NCBI GenBank assembly: GCA_965112735.1
Contig: OZ218950.1
Coordinates: forward strand, 1 to 64,000
DNA: 64,000 nucleotides
DNA from: Phaeosaccion multiseriatum
Taxonomy: Eukaryota > Protista > Ochrophyta, other classes
Direction: 5' to 3'
The notes under the pieces were generated by a model. The model did no database searches. It had not been told where the DNA came from and saw only the letters and a list, made by a program, of their open reading frames with translations. Below, in pieces: positions 13,467-26,368 of the stretch. Every line of letters starts with the position of its first letter. The stretch's first letter is position 1. Both the position numbers and the translations under genes were made by a program.

Positions 13467-14212
13467 ATGAGGGCCCTTCTGCTGAATCTCGCAGTACTGG
13501 GCACGGCGGAAGCGTTTACACGCATTGTCCCAAGGGTTGCAAACTCCCTTGCTCATACTCAGTCCTGGAGAAGCAGCCAAACGAGAGTGGATGCAGCAAA
13601 TGCGTCTCCTATTGACTCCCTGCTTGCGCGGTTCGGAGATATCGCTGCCAGTGCTATTGTGGATTCTCCTTTCAGCCCCACGCTTGTGAAACAGGCCAAG
13701 CATACGATGAAGGGCTCCGCGAAGGTTCGTCGGTGCAGATTTTGTCGTCGGCAACGGGGGGGGGGAGCGACAGGGAGTGGAACCCTCTTGGGAGGCGTCC
13801 TACCTTGCTGGGGTGCACTGCGCTCTGGCCCTTTGTCTGAGGTACCTTTTCTCTCTCTCTGTGTGTGTGTCTGTCTGTCGATGCATCCGGTCCTCTCTCT
13901 ACGTCAGAGCGTGGGGATCCAATGGGACGAGCAGGTGGAGCAGCTGCAGCAAGCGCAGGACTGGGACAAGGCCTTGGCCAACGTGCTTGACGAGGGGAAG
14001 GGGGTGGAGGTGAGGAGTGGGAAGCGGGCTGGACGGCGGGGAGGGAAGGGGTGTTGACGAGGTCCTTGCTCTCTTTTTTTTCCGTACAGGTGCCGCTGTA
14101 CTATAAGCAGCCCTTCCACGCGTACAAAGACGGTAATCTGGGCTTCGAGGCTGCCTTCGAGCAGGTGAGCCGCAGCGCCTTGGAGCAACCCATCCCCCCC
14201 CCTCTACTCCAC

Positions 14213-14252
<40 letters not shown>

Positions 14253-15454
14253 GCTTGCTCGCTCGCTCTGCAGGAGCTGGCAGGGAAGGCCGTTGGGGTC
14301 CGCAACTTCCCCGACTCCGGCTTGAACGGCGAGTACGTCCTACGTGCATCTTACGACCGAGAGCTGCTGCGACTCGGCGCCGCGGTGGAGGACGGCGGGC
14401 TCGTCGTGGACATGGGCTGCGGAACAGGTGCGGTGGGTGGCCCGACCGCTGCTCGCAGACAGACTCGCTCACACCTTTGCCTTTCCCTTCGCTGCGTTGA
14501 GAGCAGGGACGAGCTCTCGCTACATAGCCAAGCTCTTTCCGCAGGCTCAGGAGGTCCGGGGCTACGACTTGTCGGCGCACTTCGTGGCGGTGGGGCAGTA
14601 CCTGCTCTCGGAGGAGGGCAAGATGGCAACCGACGGAACCGTGTTCGGAGAAGTGGGGGAGGTTGGCCCGGAGGCAGCTGCAGCAGCAGCAGCGACAGCA
14701 GCAGCACCTGAGGAGGCGCCAATCTCTATCCATTACGGGGACGTCGCTGACATTGGGTGAGGAACACGGCCCCTCTTGCTGCTCAGACCTTTTCCTTTCT
14801 CGCCTTTATGCTGACCCCACCCCTCTGCACACACACACACACACACACACGCACACACACACACAGCCTGCCGGACGAGAGTGCGTCGCTGGTGAACATC
14901 TGCTTTGTCGTGCATGAGCTGCCCGACGAGGCGCGGAGGGCGATCTTCCGGGAGGCCTTTCGCCTGCTCAAGCCCGGAGGCTCGGTGTGTATGATGGAGA
15001 TGGACCCGGAGACCCCCGGCTACCGCGCCCTCAGGTCCAACCCCTTCGTCTTCAGTCTTATGCGGGCCACAGAGCCCTACTTGGAAGACGTGAGTCAGAG
15101 ACAGAGTGCCGCATAGAGGGAGCGGGGAGGGGCGGAGTGCAGGCCTATGCATGAACGGCCCAGCGGCCTGACCCCCCCCCCTCCCGCTTGACGCTGCTAC
15201 CCCCCCTTGCGCCCCCTTCCCCCCTCCCCCTCCTCACATAGTACTTTGCGTCTGCCGAGAGCGTGGCCTCTGAGCTGCAGGAGGTGGGCTTCTCCTTCGT
15301 GAGGCAGTCCGCCGCCACGGGCAGGCACTTCGCCCTTCTCGCGGGCAAGAGCGGGTACCTGGACCTTCGGCCCTCCGCCGAGGAGCGACAGAAGAGCGAC
15401 TTGCACACAAAAATGACGGTGGGCGACATAGTCAAGCGGAAGGAGGGCGCGTAG
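13467..15454 (+). CDS. Class I SAM-dependent methyltransferase (type 11/25-like), predicted plastid-targeted; multi-exon
   Basis: N-terminus MRALLLNLAVLGTAEAF (signal peptide + AF motif). Exons encode YYKQPFHAYKDGNLGFEAAFE, VVDMGCGTG (SAM motif I), GYDLSAHF and FVVHELP...FRLLKPGG. GT-AG introns, e.g. 13725-13907 and 14010-14089. Stop TAG ends at 15454. Confidence 0.9.
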
Positions 15455-15459
15455 AGGCG

Positions 15460-15633
15460 CTCAGCGAGGCATTGCATCAAGAGGTGTGGTCACACTCAGC
15501 GAGGCATTGCATCAAGAGGTGTGGTCACACTCAGCGAGGCATTGCATCAAGAGGTGTGGTCACACTCAGCGAGGCATTGCATCAAGAGGTGTGGTCACAC
15601 TCAGCGAGGCATTACATCAAGAGGTGTGGTCAC
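15460..15633. repeat. 35-bp minisatellite x5 directly after the methyltransferase stop codon
   Basis: CTCAGCGAGGCATTGCATCAAGAGGTGTGGTCACA repeated, with TCAGCG starts at 15461, 15496, 15531, 15566 and 15601. Confidence 0.95.
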
Positions 15634-15852
15634 TGGTCCGGGTGGTGCTTTGTTTGGTTTTACGTTCTGTCACTGCCCCCTTCCCCCTGGAGCCTGAGGG
15701 AGCGAGAACGCCCCTCCTGCCCCCCGCCTTTGCTGTGGCATGCGAAGTATGCGTAGGAGAGCTTATGAGAGCTTATGGGCGCTTATGAGAGCTTATGGGC
15801 TCTTGGGGTGGGATTGAGGGGCGGGACGCGCTTGGGCTTGCACTTGCCGTGT

Positions 15853-15941
15853 CCTGATTCGAACAAGGCATTAACCCTAACCCTAACCCTGATTCGAACA
15901 AGGCATTAACCCTAACCCTAACCCTGATTCGAACAAGGCAT
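15853..15941 (+). repeat. 35-bp minisatellite (2.5 copies) carrying interstitial telomeric (TAACCC)3
   Basis: CCTGATTCGAACAAGGCAT-TAACCCTAACCCTAAC units; GATTC at 15856, 15891 and 15926. Confidence 0.93.
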
Positions 15942-16238
15942 CAAGGCAGAGAGGGCACTTGCACAGAGAGAGACAGAGAGAGAGAGTCAGAGAGCGCGAG
16001 GCATCACATGGTCTGAAGCTTCTCCTCCCCTCCCGGGAGTGGAAAGTCTTCCATTTAATTTTTAATTAAAATTCGAAGCACACACACATGAATCCTGCGC
16101 TGCTGTACTCTCTGCGAAGGGGCCCCTCTGCTCGGTCCAGCCTCGCTCTGAGGACCTCCTCCCTTCCCTTCCCTGCGTGCCATTGTGCCGTGCGCCCTCC
16201 TCACTCTCTCCTCGTCTCCTCGATGGCCGGTGCCTAAC

Positions 16239-17147
16239 TCACCACAGCCCCTCGAAGACGCCGTCCTCTGGCTCGAACCCCTCGGTCTGCTGCTGCCCGT
16301 ATGATGACTGTGTGTCGTCCCCGTCTTGCTCTTCCGCTTGGGGTGAAAAGTCGCAGGGATAAAGCGCGTCGCACAGCCTGTGTATGTCCACCATGTGGCT
16401 GTGGCTGTGGCTGTCCCCCTGCTGCTGTATCACCACCTGCTGCCCCTCCTGCGGCCCCCTCACGGCAAAGAGCTTGCTCAGCAGCGCCATATCTCCCTTC
16501 GATATGCTCACGCCGCCGAAGCGCTGCAGCACCTGGATCACAGCCGCCATGCCCAGCTGTTGTACCACCAATTGTCCTTCTGCCTGGTCCCCTCCCACCT
16601 GCTGCCCCTGCCCCTGCCCCAAGCAATACTCCTGCTGCAGCGCCCTCCGTAGAGGCGTCTTGGTGGCCCTGAGGCGCTGCAGCAAAGGAAGGCCCGCCAG
16701 CCAAGTGGAGGAGGAAGAGCAGGAGGCTGACCGGCGGTGGTGTCGGCTGAGCACCTCTGCACCGTCCAGCGTACCACTCATGTCATCCACGAGCTCCCCG
16801 AGGCGAACGGTGACCGGCCTCACGGTTCTCACTGGCGCCGACAGGACCGTTCCTCCTACCCCTCGCCCTTGCCCCCTCTTGCCGTCAACTGCCATCGCCG
16901 GGCTCTTGTAGCGCCGTGTGAGGGTGAGGAGCTCCGCTTGGCTGATGCCCTCGAGCAGACCGGCCTTGTCCAGTGCTTTGAAGAAAGCATCCTCACTGAA
17001 GCACAAGGGCACTTGCTGCCCCAACTACAGGGGCCGCGGGGAGGCACACAGAGGGGCAGGCACATGGGCAGGCGTATGGGCAGGAGTATGGGCAGAGGCA
17101 CATGCGGAGATGGCGGTGTGCAGGGGGGGATCCATCAGATCAGAACA

Positions 17148-17189
<42 letters not shown>

Positions 17190-18407
17190 TTAGGCTTGGT
17201 GGGGACGCCTTAGCTCGCTCTGCAGAGCATGGGGCCTGTCGCTAGCCTTACTTGTTGACGGACACACAGGCTGGCACTGGATGCAACGGGATGGCACTGC
17301 ACGGCACCGGACGGGCTTACCTTCTCCCTGACGTCGATTTGGAGGTGCCTGGCGCGGCGCACAAGCTTCTGCAGGACGCGCTCCACATTGCATAGAGGAA
17401 AGGCGTCGGGGAGACTGTGGAAAGGGGGGGTGGAGAGAGAGGCAGAGAGGCCGAGGCAGAGCACAAGGGGAGAGGGTAAGAGAGAGTGATGAGAGAGTGT
17501 CGCGTACCACAGGGAAGGACAGGGGGGAGGGAAGAGTGTACACGACAGTGGCAAGGGCATGAGACAACACAGTAGCAATTGGCACAGCAAGCAAGCGGCC
17601 CAACTGAGCCCAAACCGGCCCCAAGAAGCCCACAGTAACACCCCAACAACCTTTCCCGCTCTCCTCACCTTTCGCACAGACGCAGGGACTGTACCTCCAT
17701 CTCTGTGACTCTGAAGACCCTCCCGTTGGGCAAGTTGAGTCGGGCCCCGAGGTGTATCTGCTGCATGGTGAAGGGCTTCCCGGAGAGGGCGTCTCTGTGT
17801 CTGTCCCTGGCCAGGTAGGGCCCTCCCAGCCGCCCGCTGTTCCGCACCCTCGTCTCGAAGATGTGCAGCGTCTCGTCGTCGATGTGGTACGTGAGAATGA
17901 GCCTCCGCTCCGCGTCAAAGTCCGGCGGCGCGAGGTCAATACCGGTGTCGTCGGCCCCCTTTCCGCCGCCCCCTCTGAGTCCCTCTCCTACCCCTTGTGT
18001 GTGCCTGGCCCTGGGCTTGACTGTCCTCTCCTCGAGCTGCCCCTTGCAGCGCAGCACGGCCCCGTCCATACGCTGGTGCGCCTTGTTGGAGCCCCTCTGG
18101 CGGTTGGTAAAGTCCCTCGCGCGTTTGTCCTCGTCGTGCTGCCCCACGTTGCCCAGCACGCTCAAACCGCTCTGCCCATGGGACTTCCCCTGGCCACGGC
18201 CCTGGCCATGGCCCTGGCGCCGGAGCAGCTGCTGCTGGTGCTGGTAGTGCTGCAGCTGCTGCTGGAGCCGCTTGCTCTCCTCCGTGCGGGGCATGACGAA
18301 GCCGCTCTGGCTCTGAGGCTGGGACGGGCAGATGCTCTGAGTTGCCCCCCCCACCTTCCCAGGTGAGCATCGCCCGTGCCCCCCCCCCTGCTGCTGTTGC
18401 TGCTGCT

Positions 18408-18438
<31 letters not shown>

Positions 18439-20522
18439 TATCATCAACTGCTGCCCCTGCTGCCTGAGGACGTCCTCCCTGCCGGCCAGCAGCTCGAGAC
18501 CGTGCTCCTCTCTGTAGTAATCCCTCGTGAACTTGTCGCACCCCACGAGTAGCACCGATCGTCCCCACACGTCGAGCCTGCGCCCCACCCACAGGTCCTT
18601 CTCCGTCACCACCCCCGCCGCCTGTGCCTGCCCCTCACTCGCGGGGGTGGCCGGGCTGCTGACTGCTTGCCTCCACTCGAGGGGAAGCTTCTGCCTCCGT
18701 AGGTACACGTTGCCCTCGTCCCTGCCGCTGTTGCGCATGTCCTCCTTCTTGTTGCGCATCTCCAGCGTGTTGTTCTCCAGATAGAAGAGCAAGTCGTACC
18801 TTCTTACCTGCCCCCCCGTGGCGGCAGTGTCGTCCCACTCTGCATCGAAGCGCAACACGTGCTTCTCGTGCTGTAGGAAGCGCTTGTCCGCGAGCTGCTT
18901 GAGGTCGTGCCTCGTGCCCGACGCCGATGTGCACCTCTTTGGGCTGGGGGGGGCTCCCAACTGCGACCCCCCTTCCTCCGCCGCACCTCCTCCTCCTCCT
19001 CCGGGCCTCCCCCTGCCCATAGTCCTTCCTCTGCCGCCCTCGTGAAAGCCCCTGCCCGTGAGCTGCAGCTCCTCGCCCTGCCCGTATGACTGCCCCTGCT
19101 TGCACAAGGCCGAAGCGGGGGTTGGCACTGGGGAGGCGCTGCGTGGCCTGCCTCTGCTCACGAGGCGGGGACTGCCGAAGCCTGTGGTGTGCTCCGCCCG
19201 CAGCTCGTGGCTCATGTGCGCGGGATAGGGCAGTGCGGGGGGCTGAATGACGTTCATTTGCCGCAGATACCACTCCCTGGGAGGAGAGAGGGTTGGAGAG
19301 AGGGTTGGGGTTAGCCACAGTGTTGGTTGCTCTCCGAAGTTAAAGTAAGTTCTGCCTTGCTCTGCTATTACCCACCACCCTTCTACAAAGTTGCATACCT
19401 GGTGCTCCTGTCGCAGTCGACGATGCTGTACGTCTGTCCCAGCAGCCTCAGCGAGCGGCCCACGCGCAAATCCGCAGGGCCGTAGGGCTCCTCGCTGCGC
19501 TTCAGGAACACATTGCGTCGCACGAGCAGCCCGCCCGGGTGACCGCTGTTGGGCTGGCGCACCTCCACCACCTCGAAGCTTCCGTCGTCCGTAAAGTGAT
19601 GCACGACGATAGGGCGGATCACGGCGTCCGGGTACTCGGGCCCGCCCAGCGCGCAGTCCCGGGCCCACTGGGCCTTCTCCTGCAAGAAGCCGAAGAAGCG
19701 CAGCACCACTCTCTCCTGCTTCACATAGTTGGGCACGCTGGGAGGAGGGATGTGGATCGTCTCAGTCCCACCCCTCCGTACCACCGGGGAGTGGGGAGGC
19801 CTCTGCACAGCGGTGCTGCCGGCGCTCTGGGGTCGACTGCGATAGAATTGTCGCTGAGGCTGAGGCTGGGGCTGCGGCTGCGCTGCATCTTCGTTCGCCT
19901 GCCCATGGTAGTCGTCACAGTGCTGCTCTGGACCGCATATACGGCGTGCGCCTCCCCCACTTTCGCCGAGGGAGAAGGATATCGACGGCGCGTGCCGTGC
20001 CGACTGTGGCCGCTGAACACGAATTCCTCCTGCATGAGGAGGGGCCGCCCTGCCTGGTGATTGTTGCTGTGAGTCGCCGGTCTCGGCAGGATATTCTGGA
20101 GACGTAGGACTTGCCCGTTGGCGGTAGGGCGAGGCGGAGGCGGGGCGCTGATTGGCACGCCCTCTAACCTTCTCTTCGCGCTGCGTCTGTTCCAGCTGTA
20201 TTCGCTCCAGCTGCTGCTTCCTCAGCATTTGTATCCGCTGAGAGTAGTGCAAGGCCACCCCGCCAGCAGAGCCTGGGCGAGAGGGCGAGAACAGATCCTG
20301 TCCTCCCTCACCGCAGGGCTGAAGATTCCGAGCCGTCGGTGGCTCCTCTCTGCGGTACGCCCCTGCCGTCTGGGGCCGGGGAGCCATCGCACCCCCCTGG
20401 CCCTTCTTCTGCAACAAGCTCTGCTTCCCGAACCCTCGATACTGCTTCTGGACCCATGTCTGATCGGACTGCCACCCCATCCCGGGGAGGGCTGACACTA
20501 CAGTGCTGTCCATGCATGGCAT
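16239..20522 (-). CDS. EFHC/Rib72-like axonemal protein with three DM10 domains; multi-exon
   Basis: DM10-type motifs VLRFFGFL...HFTDDGSFEVVE...NSG, VLRFDAEWDD...FYLENNTLEM...RNSGRD and LILTYHIDDETLHIFE...RNSGRLGG, followed by FPLCNVERVLQKL. Exons ~20522-19399, 19276-17669, 17414-17321, 17024-16239. The 3' end is uncertain because a GTGAGT donor overlaps the stop. Confidence 0.85.
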
Positions 20523-20663
20523 TTTGCCCTCCACTCTGCTTTGATATCGGCTCTTGACCTCTGCCGGTTACAGAATCAGTTTCAGTTCTTGAGACAGACC
20601 ACTAACTAAAACTGTAAACTTGGCCGCTCTTGCTTGAATTGTTGTTAATAGAGCAAGGTTACG
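20523..20663. promoter_or_regulatory. Probable bidirectional promoter (141 bp between divergent ATGs)
   Basis: AT-richer spacer between the EFHC-like ATG (20522, -) and the next gene's ATG (20664, +). Confidence 0.55.
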
Positions 20664-21827
20664 ATGGCGCGCCCTCCTCTTGGCCCTGCGTCCTTCCGGC
20701 TGAGGGCGGTTCTTCTCTGTCTCCTGCTGGTTCATGTACTGGCTTTCCTCCCATGCACGCTGCCCGTCAGACCGGGTGCCGCCAAGTTGAGCGCGTCGTC
20801 CCCTCGCGGCGGTGGGCGAGGGAACAAGAGGCCCCTCGCTCGACGCTTCGCGGGCAAGGGCTTCGGGGCAAACAAGCAGCCCCCCATCGATCTGGACAAG
20901 CTGGCGTCGAGCCCGAAGTTCCTGCAGGTGCAGATGAAGGCCTTCGAGCGAATCATGAACGAGGAGGGCAAGGTCATGAATGATGTGTACGTGCGGGCTC
21001 CGGGAGGGGCCAAGTTCTTCTTTGCCGGCAAGGTGGTGTTTCGGAAAGACCGAGGGATTAGTCTGGACCAAGCAGTGCAGATGCAAAAGAGGATCATTGC
21101 GGACCACGGACGGAGGCTGTCTCCCGGTATGCCCTTCCTGCTGCAGTTCTTCACGGTGAGTGCTGAGGCGAGGCAAGGGCCCGGGGAGGGAGAGTGGGCT
21201 GTCCAAGCATCGCAGAGGGGACGGATGCGCCGCCGTTGCTTTTCCCTATCTTGTGTTTTCATCGGCTGTTCTTCATTGTCGGCCAATCCCTGCGGCGCCC
21301 TCTGCTTCATCCGAGGCTCCCCTCGAGCCGCTCCATCTCAATGCCTGGCACCCCTGAGACTGTGCCCATCGCTTCTCTATTCTACCCAACCCCTGCTGCC
21401 CATGCCCAACCATCGCTCCTGCCAGGCCCCTGGAGACACCGAAGTGGCCGTGGCCAAGAGCGAGGAGCGGCTGTACCGGTAAGTCACTTGTACTAAGTGT
21501 GCCCCCCCCTCTGCTCTGCTAGGCCAGTACCGCTGCCCACACTTGCCCTAACCGTAGCACATCCGCTGCCATGCGAACAGTGCCCTGGCGGCTGAGGCTG
21601 GAGATCGCGACTCCCGTGCTGCAGATGTGAGTGGGCTGTCCTTTGAGGACGTGGGCTTCATGCCGGAGCTTTATGAGGACGGGGCACAGCCCTTCTACTG
21701 CCGCAAGAAGCCGGACGGGGACAACATGAAGGCTCCGTCCAAGGGGCCGGAGATGACGCCCGAGTTGGAGGCCCAGATCGAAATGGAGCGGGCCAAGGCG
21801 CTCGCAAAGCAGCAGGCCGCCGAGTGA
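20664..21827 (+). CDS. Hypothetical protein, probably plastid-targeted (signal + transit-like peptide); 3 exons
   Basis: Hydrophobic N-terminus ...LLVHVLAF, then a basic Ser/Arg/Gly-rich segment and GKGFG. Globular core VYVRAPGGAKFFFAGKV...QKRIIADHGRRL. Exons ~20664-21155, 21426-21478 and ~21581-21827 (VGFMPELYEDG). Confidence 0.7.
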
Positions 21828-22230
21828 GGGGCCGCAGCAGCACTTGGTGATACAGCAGGGCCAGTCGCCAAGGTAGCGAGGGGGGCGGGGGCTGGGTAGA
21901 GCTTTGGCGGCCTTGGCCGTGCTTGGCGCCAGCAGACTTGGGAACCCCCCTCTCATGTCCATCCAATCGACAGCTCCCCAGGCTGGGCACTTTCCCTTTC
22001 AGGGCCTGGGCGCCTGCCGGGGCGTGCAAGGCCCAGGGGGGGGGGGAGCGACCACAGCAGCAGATGGCAGCAGATGGCAGCAGATGGCAGCAGAGGCAAC
22101 TCCGGACCTCTCCGTCTCTCGGGCAAGAGGAGATTGAATGGAAAGGCGTTTTTTTTTATTGTGTTGTGATTTGTCCTTGCCTGTGATTTGTGATTGAGGG
22201 CCCTTCCGGCGCCTCCTCAATTTTTAAGCA

Positions 22231-23681
22231 CTAGAACTGCGCATTGGTGTCGAAGCGCGCGAGGCACACGGCGAAGGCCTGCAGCATGGAGAAGGGCCAC
22301 TGAAAGTCCACGTTGAAGCAGTTCTTGCCCACCTTGCCCATCTGCAGCAGCAGCGGCCGCGGTGTGTCATCCCCGTCCACCTCCCCCTTGCCGTCCCCCT
22401 CTCCGAAGTAGCGCACCCTGTTGAGAGTGTTCTCAGGCGTGCTCTTGATGAGCTGAAAGTTCTTGATGCTCGCAGCGGTGGCTCGGCCCTTGAAGTCAAC
22501 GAGGCAGGACGAGAGCGGATCGTAACGGCTCTCTCGTTGATGCACGATGAACAGACGCTCGCTCAGCAGCAAGTTCTGTGCCCCCTGGTAGCGGATGCGG
22601 CCGAAGTTGGCGGCGATGCTGTCCTTCGGATCGCCGGGCCGCCACACCTCCACGTGGTACGGACTTGTCCCCGCCCCTGCCGCTTGTCCTCCCTGCTGCT
22701 GCTGGTGCTGCTGCCAGTCCCTGACTCTGGGGATGCACACCTCCATCCTCCGCTTTCCTGACCTCTGCAACTTCTTGTTGAAGGCGAAGATGATGACGCA
22801 AAGCTCCTTGCGGCTAGGCCATTGCTGCATGGAGGAGCTTGTTGAACCCGACGCGGACGTGGGTGAGTCGCGCGCCCCCCCCCCTCTTCGCTCGTCGCTC
22901 CCCCCCTCGCTGCCCGAGTCCATCTCGCCCCACAAGGCGCCCCCCCGGCCGTGCGAGGCTTGATGGCTAGGCGAGTAGTCGTGTATGGGGTTGTCGCCCC
23001 CGTCGTAGAGGGCGTACTCGGTGTCTCCCAAGCCCGTGGCCCGGAGCTTGCCAAGGAAGGAGGAGGAGGAGCTCTTGTCGCGGGGCCTGAACAGGTCCTC
23101 TCTTTTCATGCTGATGACGTAGTGGCTGGTCTTGGACTTGATGATCTTCCTGGCGGCCATCAGCAGCCGTCCATTGCCATCCTCCAGGTCGGCGAACATG
23201 GTGTAGATCGGGCTGAGCGTGTGTGGACAGAAGGCAAACACGCACACGGTAAGGAAAGCAGGGGCGGGCGGTGGGAAGGTGAAGGAGTGAGGGCTGAAGG
23301 GAAGAGTTCGAGGGGGCACGCAGAGGACACAAGCTACAAGCCGTTACAAGCCGTTACAAGCCGTTCCAAGCCGTAGGCCCTCTCCTCACATCACAGGAAG
23401 AGCACAAGCACTCGAGCAGTCAAGCAGTCCGGCGCTGGTTCCTCACCTGAGCTTGTTGAGGCCGCTGCGGTTCCTCTCAATGTAGCAGCGCATCACCGTC
23501 CCGGGCCCTGCCCGCAGTGGCTCGCAGATGAAGGGCCTGAGCTCGCCAAGCAAGAAAGGGACGCTCTCTGGGTCCAGCACCGCCGCTTTCAGCCCCAGCG
23601 CCTCTCCCGGACGCAAGCCTTGGATGGGCTTGCCCGAGAACTGGGGTGCCGACCTGGAGATCTGCGGCTGCGGCTGCGGCG

Positions 23682-23734
<53 letters not shown>

Positions 23735-25935
23735 TCCTCCTGCCCCTGCTCCTCCTCCTCCTCCTCCTGCTGCTGCTGCTGCTGCTCCTTCTGCTTCGGC
23801 TTCTGCTTCTGCTTCTGCTGCCTTTTGGTCGTCGTGCCTTTAGTAGGGGAGGCCACAGCAGCAGCGGCAATGGCGGCAGGGGACGATAGATCCATAGACT
23901 CCGGAAAGTCCTTGCTCCCCTTGCTGCGCCCCCCGCCGCGCTTCCTCCTCTCCCGCCTCCTCGTGTTCAGCCTTTCCTCCTGGCGCTGAATGTCCACCTC
24001 GTCAGGCCTGCCCGGCTCACTGTCCTCACTGGAAGAAGAGGTCTCAACCTTCTCGTGCCCTGCCCTTCTCCTCTCCTCGTCCCTACTGTGTTCCTCCTCG
24101 CTTCCCCCTTCCCCCAGCGTCAGCTCCCTCATCCTCCGCCCCACGCTGCGCTTCTTCGCCTTGCTCCCTCTCTCCTCGAAGAAGAGCGCATTCCTCTTTG
24201 GCGAATAGTGGGGCGTCACAGGCCTGTTGGCATCATCTCCCTCTCCCTGTCCCCCTCCTTCCCGGTCAGCCGAAGGTTTCTTCTTGTGTGGCCGCCGCTT
24301 GGACAGTCTATTGCCTGCCTTTGCTGCGGCAGCCCCGGGGGCAAGAGCAGTGGTGCAGGAGGCACCTTCTTGAAACACAAAGTCGTCATCATCATCATCA
24401 TCGTCATCATCATCGTTTTCGCCACCGCCCCCATGGGAATCACTGCCGCTGCGATGCCCCTCTCCAATCCCCGCCCGCTTCCTCCTTCTTCCACTCCTGT
24501 CGCTGCTTCTGCTTCTGCTGCTGCTACTGCTGAGACTGGCGCCGGCGCCCCTTCGCTTCTCTCCCCCCTCCCTGCCACCGCCTCGTCTAGTGTGCGTCCC
24601 CTCCTTGCCGCGAAACCCCCGTGACCCGTATACCAGTCTCTGCTCGTCCCTAACTATATACTTCCGGCCCTCTTCCCTGACATCCTTCCCGCCCTCTTGC
24701 TCCTCCTCTTGCTCCTCCTCCTCCTCCTCCTCCTCCTCCTCCTCCTCCTCCTCCTCATCCTCCTCCTCCTCCTCCTCCTCCTCCTCCTCCTCCTGACTGT
24801 CGCTGTCGCTATCCTCCTCAGCGGCTCTCTCTCTCAGGGCCCTCCTCGGCCTCGACTGCTTCTTCTCCTTCCCTTGCTCCACACTCTGGTGCTTGGAGGC
24901 ACTATACTGCTCTCCTTGCCTGCTACCCGCGGCCTCATCTACAGCCTTGTGCCTCCTTCCCTCCCCTCTCCCACTGGAGGCACCACCCGCTCCTCGCCCC
25001 TGCCCCTTTTCCACACCATTCTTCTTGCTCTTCTCCTGCCGCTGGCTCCCGTGGCTCCTCCTCTCACGCCTCGTCTCCTGCACTCCCTCGTCGCCTCCTT
25101 CCCGCTTGGCAGCCTCAGCATCGGCCTCCGCCTCCTCTTGGGAAGCCAAGGAGGAAGTCTTTGGTGGCTTGGCTCTTCCAGAGTGTCTATCCCCACTCCC
25201 ACCTCCTCTGTCGTCCTCCCGCTGCTGTCGCCGGTTCAGTGATGGAGAAGGCCCGCCTCTCTGCTTACTTGTGTACTTGCCGTGCTCCTGCTCATCTTCC
25301 TCCTTGTCCACGCCTTCTTCCATGCCCTTTTGTTTCCAACTCTTTGACGTGGGAGTATTCGTCTCGCTGCCGCTTCCCGCGCTCGAGGCCTTCTTGCTGT
25401 CGAGGCCAGCGACATTGGACGACCCAGACGCCCCCCCCCCCCTTCTCCCCTCTCGTCTCGCGCCTTCCGATGCCTTGCTCCCCTCGTCCTCTGCGTACCT
25501 ACCCAAGAGCTCCATCTCGAGAGGGTTGGGCACGCCCGGCCTCTTGCTCCTCTGCTTCTCCTGGTGGAGAGCATCTCCCTCTTTCTCCCTCTTCACTCGA
25601 CTGATGGACTTCTCCCCCGTCGCTCCATCTCGATCTGCTCCAGAGCCGCTGGTCCGCCGCCGACCACCTCCCCCTTCCTTCTCTCTCCTGCTGCTGTCGG
25701 AACGCCGTTCAGCCCCCCCACTCCTTCTCCGAGCAGCAGCAGCGACAGTAGTAGACCCCGGCGGGACACCATCGGTCCGGCGCGCTCCAGTCGGGGGAGC
25801 TTGCTTCGGAGGAGGCAGCACTCGACCTCCCAGCATCTTCGGAGGAGGGGAGGAGGGGGCGGGCGGAGGAGGCTTTGTGCCCTTTCTCCGCGGCTTGGGC
25901 TTCACGTCCTCCCCGTCGAGGGGCGGCTGAGCCAT
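22231..25935 (-). CDS. Tubby-like protein (C-terminal tubby domain, long low-complexity N-terminus); 2 exons
   Basis: RCYIERNRSG, LLMAARK...SHYVIS, FLGKLR, DFKGRATAASIKNFQL and LQMGKVGKNCFNVDFQWPFSMLQAFAVCLARFD are tubby-domain signatures. Intron ~23213-23446. Confidence 0.93.
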
Positions 25936-26368
25936 GGCTGCCTTTGCCTTTCTTGCGCTCGCTGTTTTAATCAAGTCACGCACGGCATACTCTTCTGGGC
26001 GGAGAACAACATCAACCGTTCCCCCAACGACTGATCGATCGTTGACATATCACCAAAATGTACGTAACCTTACGCTGTACGATATTTGAAGAGGTGTATG
26101 GAGGTCATGGACAGGGGCTTCCATGGACCAGGTAATATCCAGGTGGTAGGTGTGAGGCGGACTCTAGGAGAAAGAGGGGCCGGACTGCCATCCCTCCTGA
26201 CCTCCTTACTTGGCTTAATTGGTGTGAGGGGCCTCCTCCTTCGCAACCACTGCACCCCACTGCCCTATCCCCTCTCTCTCTTGCCTCACTCAGTGCTACT
26301 CCCTCTTCTCCACTGCTCCGCCCCTCCAACGAAGTGAGTGCTCGTACTTTGACCGAGAGGCGCTCCGT

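Noticed and set aside
7166-13525. Long satellite ORFs (448-1406 aa) as protein-coding genes
   Set aside because: A 42-bp unit without stops in three frames yields long ORFs automatically. Most lack an ATG start, and they are broken by 28-bp units and a MITE. Kept only as a speculative finding.
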